DNA of 64,000 bases from IMG/VR virus record IMGVR_UViG_3300028635_000005. The stretch is one strand, 5' to 3'. Each line of letters begins with the position of its first letter. Position 1 is the first letter of the stretch. The stretch is from a virus. Below are positions 53,341 to 61,233 of this stretch, piece by piece. The notes below the pieces were generated by a model that saw nothing but the letters and a program-made list of their open reading frames with translations, was not told where the DNA came from and made no database searches. Position numbers and translations under genes: made by a program.

Positions 53341-54213
53341 TTATGCTATGACTTCTACGTCCACTTCCGGGGTAGCCATGTATTCTTCGGCAATTTCCCA
53401 AAGTTTGATGTTAAAGTCAAGGTGACGTGAGGCGTTGTTTATGCCGCGAGGCTTAGTGCGCCTGCCGTTCATCGTTTGACGGTCGAACATTCCTTTTACA
53501 AGGCGTTCCTGAATGATGTTGAATGTTGACCAAAGATCGTTATTCTTATCTTCACCGCGAACCGGCTCAATTATACGGGAAGGATTAACGATAGTCGTGG
53601 CCTTCTTCATATCGATTGTGCCATCATCCCTAATGAAAACCATCGGTTCACGGGCAGCAAAGGCTCTAATAACGAATTCTTCCTGCTGATCTTTGTTGAG
53701 AACAACTTGTTGCATGTCACCAATATGAGAACCAATAATGTTGTACTGGTTTGCTACAACCTCAACAAGTTCCTTAAGCTCCTTCATATCGATTCCAATA
53801 TGGCGAAGTCTTACAGAAGTAAACATCCCGGGCATTGCAACTACAAGGCCATTGGTGCACACAAGACGAAAGAGTCCCATGTGAATTTGCGCCGGAGAAA
53901 TACCGTTATGAGAGTTATCAAGAACGATCTGGGGACGAACCTTGTCACGATGAAGAGGCATAAATCCAAGATCGGGATTGTTAAGACGCACCATGTGACG
54001 GGAATAATTGGACGATCCCTGTTGACGAACATAAGTGGGACTCCAACCAAGCTTATCAAACGCTTCAAGCAATTCGTATGTAGGAACATAGGAATAACGA
54101 TCCGAAACATGAGGACTTTTATGCTCAGTAAGAACCGCCGGAGCATGGTTACGAATATCTTCAAGTGTGGTTACACGATAACCGATGCTAGTAAGAGGAT
54201 TATTTCGTGTCAT
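53341..54213 (-). CDS. DUF932/DUF945-family protein
   Basis: SDRYSYVPT, SRHMVRL, NSHNG, GLFRLVCTNGL, DLWSTFNIIQERL. Confidence 0.85.
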   Translation of the reverse strand: MTRNNPLTSIGYRVTTLEDIRNHAPAVLTEHKSPHVSDRYSYVPTYELLEAFDKLGWSPTYVRQQGSSNYSRHMVRLNNPDLGFMPLHRDKVRPQIVLDNSHNGISPAQIHMGLFRLVCTNGLVVAMPGMFTSVRLRHIGIDMKELKELVEVVANQYNIIGSHIGDMQQVVLNKDQQEEFVIRAFAAREPMVFIRDDGTIDMKKATTIVNPSRIIEPVRGEDKNNDLWSTFNIIQERLVKGMFDRQTMNGRRTKPRGINNASRHLDFNIKLWEIAEEYMATPEVDVEVIA

Positions 54214-54231
54214 GATGTTATGTGTATTTAG

Positions 54232-54333
54232 TTAAACAATCGGGTTCATCTGCAATGCCACAAAAACGATTGCGGCAAAGAGAGCCAAAACAGCCAAGGT
54301 AGAAATCAATTCAGTTTTTGTTTCAGTTTTCAT
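54232..54333 (-). CDS. 33-aa membrane peptide (not in the ORF track)
   Basis: MKTETKTELISTLAVLALFAAIVFVALQMNPIV. Confidence 0.5.
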   Translation of the reverse strand: MKTETKTELISTLAVLALFAAIVFVALQMNPIV

Positions 54334-54363
54334 AGTGTTAGGTATTAGGTGTAATTATGTAAC

Positions 54364-54735
54364 TTATTTCTTGTTGCATTTACGAGAGTTTATTACGATA
54401 GGAACAATACGAGCAGCCATTACTTCATACTGTCCAGGGATAAGAATACGTTCAATGCTATAATTAGCGCCATAAGAAGTTTTAAACCAACGTTTCATAA
54501 CTTTGTTGAGTTGATAATTGTCATATCTGTTTGCCCAAGGATAACTACTAAAAACCAGTTTACGATAATAGCCATTCTTATGAAGAGTATACTTTACGGG
54601 ATATCCACTACGAATATCCTGAAGATCTGCAAATTCAAGAGTACCATTTTTACGCTGGCGCTCACTGGTCGTATTTACAAGTCCAATGGATGTAAGAGTC
54701 TTGATTGCCTGATTCATTTCTTTTGTCATGTTCAT
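54364..54735 (-). CDS. Hypothetical early protein
   Basis: Start reassigned to MNMTKE, downstream of the early promoter. Confidence 0.65.
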   Translation of the reverse strand: MNMTKEMNQAIKTLTSIGLVNTTSERQRKNGTLEFADLQDIRSGYPVKYTLHKNGYYRKLVFSSYPWANRYDNYQLNKVMKRWFKTSYGANYSIERILIPGQYEVMAARIVPIVINSRKCNKK

Positions 54736-54754
54736 AGCTATATTTTTTAATTCT

Positions 54755-54823
54755 ATTGTAAATATAAACAAAAAACTTGAAATAAAAAAATATTTAACCG
54801 ATTTTTTTCAGTTAAAGTTAAAA
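54755..54823 (-). promoter_or_regulatory. Early promoter cassette (69 bp)
   Basis: TTTTAACTTTAAC...TTTTTGTTTATATTTACAAT; colinear with 59702-59770. Confidence 0.65.
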
Positions 54824-54832
54824 ATAATGATT

Positions 54833-54859
54833 AAAAAAGCCGGAAATTATTTTCCGGCT
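54833..54859 (-). terminator. Intrinsic terminator
   Basis: AGCCGGAAA/TTTCCGGCT stem plus U-tract. Confidence 0.8.
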
Positions 54860-54864
54860 AAATT

Positions 54865-55143
54865 TTAAATATTGATATGCTGTGAATATCGAAAATCTAA
54901 GAAATATCTTCGCTTATCCAAAAGCTTATTCAATAAAATTGGACAAATTTTATTTGACAAATATTCTTTTATTTCTTCGTTTGTAGAATCTTCATCATTA
55001 GTTAAAGTGTCGACAACTATGGGCCAATCTGTATCTTCATATTGAGGATCCTCATATAAATTATAAAACCAATCGGTAAACTGATCAGGGGACATTTTAT
55101 CACTTAAATTTTCATAAAGTTTTTCACGCACAAGTTTTTTCAT
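54865..55143 (-). CDS. Small acidic late protein with CTS-like leader
   Basis: MKKLVREKLYE; late motif upstream. Confidence 0.7.
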   Translation of the reverse strand: MKKLVREKLYENLSDKMSPDQFTDWFYNLYEDPQYEDTDWPIVVDTLTNDEDSTNEEIKEYLSNKICPILLNKLLDKRRYFLDFRYSQHINI

Positions 55144-55152
55144 AACAACATA

Positions 55153-55167
55153 TTTTATTTTATATAT
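55153..55167 (-). promoter_or_regulatory. Late-type promoter motif
   Basis: ATATATAAAATAAAA. Confidence 0.65.
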
Positions 55168-55698
55168 TTAAAAAAGTTTCACGTTGTTTGGAAGATTCTC
55201 AACCTCATTTCCCCATGCGTCCCACCCTTCTTTTTTATTTCTCGCAAAAAGTTCAATATAGGGCGGATAACTAATTTTCTCTATAACATCATAAAATTCC
55301 TTAGGTTTTTCTGAATGCCTGCCTTTAGGCGCATACAAAACTGATGAAATATTTTTCTTATGTTTATAAGGCAATGGGGCTCCTTTTCTCCCAAATAAAA
55401 GTATCTCATGTTGTCCACGAAAATAATGCCCAAGCCCAATTAAGTTTTTAACCCAAATAATGTTGGTGATATAATGAAATCCCCAATGTTTCATAACTTG
55501 AAGCCCAGTTGCAAGGAAGTTATTGGTGACCCACATGTACATATGACATTGATCATCAGCAAGGCTATCAATAAAATCTTTCATGGCAAAAATTTCCTCT
55601 GTTTTCATAAGAGGATAATGTTTTTGAGCACCACGACAAATTTTGCCACCACCAGTAAGATTCCAAGGAGGGTCTACGTATATTGTCTTGTATTTCAT
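55168..55698 (-). CDS. MT-A70-family N6-adenine methyltransferase
   Basis: YVDPPW, HYPLM, YMWVTN, WGFHY..IIWVK, RGQHEILLFG, HSEKP. Confidence 0.92.
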   Translation of the reverse strand: MKYKTIYVDPPWNLTGGGKICRGAQKHYPLMKTEEIFAMKDFIDSLADDQCHMYMWVTNNFLATGLQVMKHWGFHYITNIIWVKNLIGLGHYFRGQHEILLFGRKGAPLPYKHKKNISSVLYAPKGRHSEKPKEFYDVIEKISYPPYIELFARNKKEGWDAWGNEVENLPNNVKLF

Positions 55699-56135
55699 TA
55701 AAAAAGAGCTTTAGGTTTAAGATTCGCAGGTGCTTTCCAGTTATCATAATCCCATGCAAGAGCATCGTAACATACGATATTGTAATCGAGAATTTTCTTT
55801 GCCTCAGTTATTTGGGTGTTATCAAGGTCTGGGCAATGCTCTAGAAGAACCTGAAGCATACGGCCTCTCATTTCCTCTACGTTATCAGCCATAAGCTCGA
55901 CACCATAAACAGATGCGAGCGCTTGAAGAGGTGGGTGCCCTGCTTCGAGTTTACGGGCAAGAACACGCACAAGAAAGTTGCCGTTACCAGCTGAGTTGTC
56001 GAGGAACGTTTTAGAAGGGTCTGAGAAAACTTCGGACGGAAGCTTGTCGAGCATCTCATCTACGAGAGCAAGAGGTGTAAAGTCCTCAGCAGTTTGTTTA
56101 CGGCGGGCCTTGCGTTTATGTTCGAGAGAGGTCAT
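55698..56135 (-). CDS. Stand-alone SAM-binding half of an amino-methyltransferase
   Basis: Motifs X (EDFTP), I (FLDNSAGNGNFL), II (YGVELMADN) and III (IVCYDAL); no NPPY/DPPY. Confidence 0.8.
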   Translation of the reverse strand: MTSLEHKRKARRKQTAEDFTPLALVDEMLDKLPSEVFSDPSKTFLDNSAGNGNFLVRVLARKLEAGHPPLQALASVYGVELMADNVEEMRGRMLQVLLEHCPDLDNTQITEAKKILDYNIVCYDALAWDYDNWKAPANLKPKALF

Positions 56136-57415
56136 TATTTAACTTGGGATTCGATGTAATCAATTTCTTCCTGCGTAAGGCCATAAAATTTATATATATT
56201 ATTAATATTAAATATATCACATAGTATAGGTTTTTTAAACCATTGTAGGGCGTAATAGTATTTGTTTTGGATTTGATTAAAGCAATATTGCATTACAAAT
56301 GTAACTAACTTACTATCAAGAAATTTTATTATATTATTTGATTCGTTTTCATCCTTAGTAATAACATATGCACAAGCAGATGATCCATTCATAATATTTT
56401 CATTTTCTTTTACTATCAAATATTTATTTCCTGATATTCCGAAAATAATTTTAGATTTTTTTGAATCTTCGTGAAATATATCTGTATATGCAAAAATAAA
56501 ATTGTTATTAGTTAATTTTTGAATTATTTTTGTAGTTCCGTGTTTTTTATCATCTATTATTCTTGAAACAGATCTTTGAAATTCATTATTGTTTGATAAT
56601 AATTTATGCAAAATACTATTTATTATTGAATTATTTACCTGAGAAACAAACGAGTTTTTACGTAAAACTGTATTAAAATTAATAATAGATTTATTTATAT
56701 CATAACATTCTATTATCGTATCAGATTCCTTTACATTTTCATTTTTAACTACAAAATAACAAAATGTATCTCCTACGTTAAAGTATTTTTTAGGTGTGCC
56801 GACGGCTAAATATTTAATATTTTTAAAATTATGTTTAAAAGATACTTGGCTGGCGGTTCTGCCCAATAACATATCTATAGCCGGCAATGGCGAAATAAGA
56901 CTTACGTAGCCATTATCTTTGCATACATCAAATGATTTATTTATAAAAGCTGGATATATTTTGTGTTTGCTCTCAGTACTTTTTTGAAATGGCGGGTTAC
57001 CTACAACTACGTCAAATTTAGGCATTTCTTCTATTTTTATTTTATTTATATCTTTAATTATTCCTACTCTGTTAACGCTATCCTTACTCCCGTAAACCAT
57101 TTTGCTTACTAACCACTTATTTCTTTCCACGTTAACATAAGCCTTAACCATATTATTTATAATATGCTTATATCTTTCAGTTTCGTTCTCTATCGCTATA
57201 TTTTTCATTAGACGCAACACAACTTCAAGCATAAAGACTCCACTCTTAGCGCATGGATCACACCATAAAAGATTTGGATCTGTCCAAATCTCCTTGGGTA
57301 GTTTGTCTAACATTTCTTCAACAAGCTTAACCGGAGTAAATATTTCCTCATTGCTTGGGGAATTTAAGTATGCTAACAGTTTCTTTCTTTTTTCAAGTTG
57401 TTCTATTATGGTCAT
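56135..57415 (-). CDS. Eco57I-like N6-adenine MTase-TRD protein A
   Basis: EEIFTP, degenerate DPCAKSG, FDVVVGNPPF, variable TRD, C-terminal YKFYGLTQEEIDYIE. Confidence 0.85.
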   Translation of the reverse strand: MTIIEQLEKRKKLLAYLNSPSNEEIFTPVKLVEEMLDKLPKEIWTDPNLLWCDPCAKSGVFMLEVVLRLMKNIAIENETERYKHIINNMVKAYVNVERNKWLVSKMVYGSKDSVNRVGIIKDINKIKIEEMPKFDVVVGNPPFQKSTESKHKIYPAFINKSFDVCKDNGYVSLISPLPAIDMLLGRTASQVSFKHNFKNIKYLAVGTPKKYFNVGDTFCYFVVKNENVKESDTIIECYDINKSIINFNTVLRKNSFVSQVNNSIINSILHKLLSNNNEFQRSVSRIIDDKKHGTTKIIQKLTNNNFIFAYTDIFHEDSKKSKIIFGISGNKYLIVKENENIMNGSSACAYVITKDENESNNIIKFLDSKLVTFVMQYCFNQIQNKYYYALQWFKKPILCDIFNINNIYKFYGLTQEEIDYIESQVK

Positions 57416-57449
57416 AACTATATCTGTTGTTTTACAAATATAATCAAAA
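56985..57449. repeat. Direct repeat copy A (5' half and promoter of the MTase gene)
   Basis: Colinear with 60697-61161; 65-nt perfect identity at 57120-57184 and 60832-60896. Confidence 0.9.
57435..57449 (-). promoter_or_regulatory. Early (host-sigma-type) promoter core
   Basis: TTTTGATTATATTTG = TAnnTTTG. Confidence 0.6.
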
Positions 57450-57483
57450 TTCTTGAAATATAAAAATATTTATTAAATTTTTG

Positions 57484-59685
57484 TTAAAATTTTTCCATAA
57501 GGTGAAAACTTTCAATAGCTTTATTCATTTTATATTTGTTAATAAAACCACTTTCAACTAAATATTTAAAGTCTTCTATGTTAACCCCACATATATTAAA
57601 AAACATTTCCTTATCTTTTGTTTTAAAAATATCTTCTACTTTTTCTTCGGCTTCATCGGATACTACTAAAAAATTAGGAATAGCGCTTGTTATTGTTCGG
57701 GCTTTATTAATCAATTCATTTATTAAAATCTTTCTTTCCTTTTTGTTTCTTTCTCCTTCAATAGTTGTTTTAAATGTTTTTCCTTTGCCACAATCATCTT
57801 CTGATACATTCAAATCTTCTATTTTTCCGTTCGGTGTTTTTTCTACATTAGACAATATGTCTATCATTTTTGAATCTATGTCAACTCTTTTATTAAACAT
57901 CCAATCACGATTAAATTTGGCAATGGTGTTTGTTGCATCAGCACCAATCTTTACAATTTTACTAAGTAACTCTTCGACGTTTGATTCAATAAGTTGATTT
58001 CCTTCATATGCCATAACTCTCATTGTATCAAGAAGCCTACGAATTATTTGCAAGTTTGATGTTTCAGTGCTACCGTTTTCTTCGGCAAAGTTATACATCA
58101 TGTTCAATGCCCTGTTGGGATTAAAGTCAAAAATATAAGCATCTGTTTTAGCCGCTTCTTTATTAGGGGTTTTCCCGCGAAATGCTGCTTGCCAGTATGT
58201 TTGTACACTTTCAAGTTCATTAAGAAAAAAGACACTATTCCATTCCTTAACAGTTACACCAGTATTTAATTTTCCACAAGAGATTGTAATAGTTCCAACA
58301 TAATTTTTGCCATTTGCTATTTGATTATCAACTTTAAAAATGGCATCACGTACAAGATTTAATGTGTCATTACTTTCACCATCATTATCTCCGGCTGCAA
58401 CCACTATTTTATATTTTGAGAAAAAAGAATGATTATTAAGCATACGAGCCATGGCTTTAACTGAGTTAACAGAAGTCATGTACCAATACATATGCTTAAG
58501 GTGCTTTTTAATTTTATCATCATTAAAAGGTGATCTCAAAAAACGAGGTTCTGGTGTTGCAAGATTATCAAGAAAAGTTTGTACTGATGCCTCATGTTCA
58601 AATACGAATTCATCGTTGGCCGCAAAAAATTTGTTTAAAGTAAGGCGTTCATTTTCATCAAAGGCATCAATATATTTAAGAATTTCATCTGAAATTTTGT
58701 ATGTATATAAATTTATACGGGGAAGCCACTTATATGCTTCATTTTCAGGATCAGCTTTCTTTGTATGCTGTTCATCTATATAACTCCAAGAATAAATTTG
58801 ATCTTCATCATAATATCCTGATGATATAAGATTAATAGGAGTACCTGAAAGATCAAGACGATAAGAATAATTTAACGTTTTAATAAAAGCCTGTGCTTTA
58901 TCTGAAGGAAATCCGAAATGAACTTCATCAATGATTACAAGATCAAAATGTTCATGCAATGCTTTATTCCATTTTTCTTTGGGTTTTCCATTTAAGTTTT
59001 TCCCTAAAATATCTTGGAATGAAGAAAATAAAACAAAATTTTCTTTGTCGGTGATATTTATGGGTTCATTTTTTGAAAAATCAAGAGAATGTAAAAATTC
59101 ATAGCCTTCAAATTTAACTTCATTAAGAAGATCTGTTTCCCATGAGTCTCCTACCGCAGGTTTGTACGTAAGAATAAGGACTCTTTTTGCATTCATTTTT
59201 TTCATGAGACTATATGCAGCAAAAGTTTTTCCAAAACGCATTATAGCATTAAAGAGAAAAACGTTTCCTTTTTTATTGGAAAAATAATCATAAGCCTTAT
59301 TAACTGCATCTCCCTGTTCCGTACGTAGTGTATAATTATTAGGTCTTTGTATATTAGTCGTAAGCTTATTGTATGCAGCAAAAATAGGTTTAGGCGTTAT
59401 AGTCTCAAACCATTCACCTCCTACTCGATAGGGACGCAATATTTTATGGAGTTTACTCTCAAGGTCTGATGAATTCATGTTAATATCATCGGCGTTAAAA
59501 ACATGAATAAGTTCTACCTTTTCATCTCTATTACCGGCAGTAAATTGTTCACGTATGCGAATCATTGCAGCTTCTTCAATAGTTTCAGCTTTTCTATCAG
59601 CTTTACCCACTTTAAATCGACCAAGAGATTTCTTTACATCTGTGGTGTATACATAGACACTACGCCACAATTTTGTGTTTTCCAT
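57484..59685 (-). CDS. GIY-YIG (T5orf172-like) nuclease fused to a ResIII-type SF2 helicase
   Basis: VYVY..FKVGKA..RIREQ..LESKLH..GEWF; NAIMRFGKT, IIDEVH, LSGTP, TGVTV, QAAFRG. Confidence 0.88.
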   Translation of the reverse strand: MENTKLWRSVYVYTTDVKKSLGRFKVGKADRKAETIEEAAMIRIREQFTAGNRDEKVELIHVFNADDINMNSSDLESKLHKILRPYRVGGEWFETITPKPIFAAYNKLTTNIQRPNNYTLRTEQGDAVNKAYDYFSNKKGNVFLFNAIMRFGKTFAAYSLMKKMNAKRVLILTYKPAVGDSWETDLLNEVKFEGYEFLHSLDFSKNEPINITDKENFVLFSSFQDILGKNLNGKPKEKWNKALHEHFDLVIIDEVHFGFPSDKAQAFIKTLNYSYRLDLSGTPINLISSGYYDEDQIYSWSYIDEQHTKKADPENEAYKWLPRINLYTYKISDEILKYIDAFDENERLTLNKFFAANDEFVFEHEASVQTFLDNLATPEPRFLRSPFNDDKIKKHLKHMYWYMTSVNSVKAMARMLNNHSFFSKYKIVVAAGDNDGESNDTLNLVRDAIFKVDNQIANGKNYVGTITISCGKLNTGVTVKEWNSVFFLNELESVQTYWQAAFRGKTPNKEAAKTDAYIFDFNPNRALNMMYNFAEENGSTETSNLQIIRRLLDTMRVMAYEGNQLIESNVEELLSKIVKIGADATNTIAKFNRDWMFNKRVDIDSKMIDILSNVEKTPNGKIEDLNVSEDDCGKGKTFKTTIEGERNKKERKILINELINKARTITSAIPNFLVVSDEAEEKVEDIFKTKDKEMFFNICGVNIEDFKYLVESGFINKYKMNKAIESFHLMEKF

Positions 59686-59701
59686 ATTATTTTTAACTTA
59701 T

Positions 59702-59770
59702 ATTGCAAATATAAACAAAAATTTTAAGATATGAAAATATTTAGCTAACTTTTTACGGTTAAAGTTAAAA
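59702..59770 (-). promoter_or_regulatory. Early promoter cassette (69 bp)
   Basis: TTTTAACTTTAAC...TTTTTGTTTATATTTGCAAT, perfect TAnnTTTG. Confidence 0.7.
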
Positions 59771-59795
59771 TTTTGACGTTTTATAACAAAGGATT

Positions 59796-61127
59796 TTAGT
59801 TAACGTGGGATTCAATATAATTAATTTCTTCTGACGTAAGATTAAAATATTTATAGATATCTTTATCCGTCCAATTTTTTGTAAAATCGACCTTTGGGAT
59901 ATTTTTTGCAACTATAGTTGTAACAAATCCACTATATCGATTATTTTGTATTAAAAATTTTATCAATTTTGAATTCATATAACTGATAACAGATTCTTTG
60001 TTATCATTTTTATCCAATTTTACTATCCAATTTTGATTATTTGCAATACCCAATTTATCAAAATCTACATAAGGTCTAAATTTATCAGCGCCACCTTTAG
60101 GGATTATAATTTTGTTAAATCTATAATTATCTGGTTTTTCATAATACGCATAGTGTGCTTTATCTAAATTTCCGCCTATAACATAAGCTTTATATTTATG
60201 CGTTGCCGTTTTTACATTTGATCTATCTTCGGGTTTATAAAATATTCCTACAGATTTTATCTGTAATTTAGGAATATTTTTATTAAATAATGTTTTATTA
60301 TTAATTAATATTGCTAAAGAATTAAAGTCCCTTGGCATCATGTCTATGTCTTTAATATCTATTATCATTTTTCCTTCATCTGTAATTAATTCAGTACCAT
60401 TATAATTTTTTGATTTTTTCATAAGAAATACACTAAATGAAGATGCGACAGAAAAATATTTTTTAATATCTTTTGAGACATTCAAATATTTTAGATTATA
60501 TTTTTTAAAAATATCTATTAATTTTACGCGTCCTTTTCTAATGTCATATGTTCCGGCTAACCATGTCGGAGGAGTTATTAACATTAAATAGGCATCATTT
60601 TTAATAAGTTCTATTCCCTTTTGTATAAAAAGGGCCCATAAAGGTTGTTTATAAGCTTTAACTTTATTTCCTTTACTTTGTCGATTTTCTAAACTTTGAT
60701 ATGGAGGGTTTCCTACTATTACATCAAACTTAGGCATATCTTCTATTTTTATTTTATTTATATCTTCGATTATTCCCACCTTGTTAACATCGTCTTTGCT
60801 TCCATAGATCATCTTGCTTACTAGCCATTTGTTTCTTTCCACGTTAACATAAGCCTTAACCATATTATTTATAATATGCTTATATCTTTCAGTTTCATCT
60901 TTTATAGGTAAGCTTCTCATTAGTCGTATTATCACCTCGAGAATAAAGACTCCACTTTTAGCACAAGGATCACACCATAAGAGATTTGGGTTAGACCAAA
61001 CTTCGGGCGGAAGTCTGTCAAGCATTTCTTCAACAAGTTTAGCAGGAGTAAATACTTCCTCATTGCTTGGGGAATTCAAATATGATAGCAGTTTTTTTCT
61101 TTTTTCAAGCTGTTCTATTATGGACAT
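59796..61127 (-). CDS. Eco57I-like N6-adenine MTase-TRD protein B
   Basis: EEVFTP, degenerate DPCAKSG, FDVIVGNPPY, different TRD, C-terminal YKYFNLTSEEINYIE. Confidence 0.85.
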   Translation of the reverse strand: MSIIEQLEKRKKLLSYLNSPSNEEVFTPAKLVEEMLDRLPPEVWSNPNLLWCDPCAKSGVFILEVIIRLMRSLPIKDETERYKHIINNMVKAYVNVERNKWLVSKMIYGSKDDVNKVGIIEDINKIKIEDMPKFDVIVGNPPYQSLENRQSKGNKVKAYKQPLWALFIQKGIELIKNDAYLMLITPPTWLAGTYDIRKGRVKLIDIFKKYNLKYLNVSKDIKKYFSVASSFSVFLMKKSKNYNGTELITDEGKMIIDIKDIDMMPRDFNSLAILINNKTLFNKNIPKLQIKSVGIFYKPEDRSNVKTATHKYKAYVIGGNLDKAHYAYYEKPDNYRFNKIIIPKGGADKFRPYVDFDKLGIANNQNWIVKLDKNDNKESVISYMNSKLIKFLIQNNRYSGFVTTIVAKNIPKVDFTKNWTDKDIYKYFNLTSEEINYIESHVN

Positions 61128-61161
61128 AACTATATCTGTTGTTTTATAAATATAAACAAAA
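60697..61161. repeat. Direct repeat copy B
   Basis: See 56985-57449. Confidence 0.9.
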
Positions 61162-61187
61162 ATCCTGAAATAAAAAAATTTCAGGAT
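61158..61187 (-). terminator. Hairpin overlapping the early promoter at the divergent junction
   Basis: ATCCTGAAA/TTTCAGGAT stem. Confidence 0.5.
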
Positions 61188-61213
61188 ACTTTTTTTAACA
61201 AAATTTTAAAAGA

Positions 61214-61227
61214 ATATATAAATAAAA
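61214..61227 (+). promoter_or_regulatory. Late promoter (TATAAATA)
   Basis: ATATATAAATAAAA on the + strand, 6 nt before ATG 61234. Confidence 0.65.
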
Positions 61228-61233
61228 AGAATT

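Noticed and set aside
53707-54231. 174-aa plus-strand ORF
   Set aside because: Antisense shadow of the GC-richer DUF932 gene; no motif or promoter.
55168-55698. MT-A70 protein as an RNA m6A writer
   Set aside because: Prokaryotic and phage MT-A70 members are generally DNA adenine MTases, and it is co-transcribed with DNA MTases; there is no evidence for an RNA substrate.
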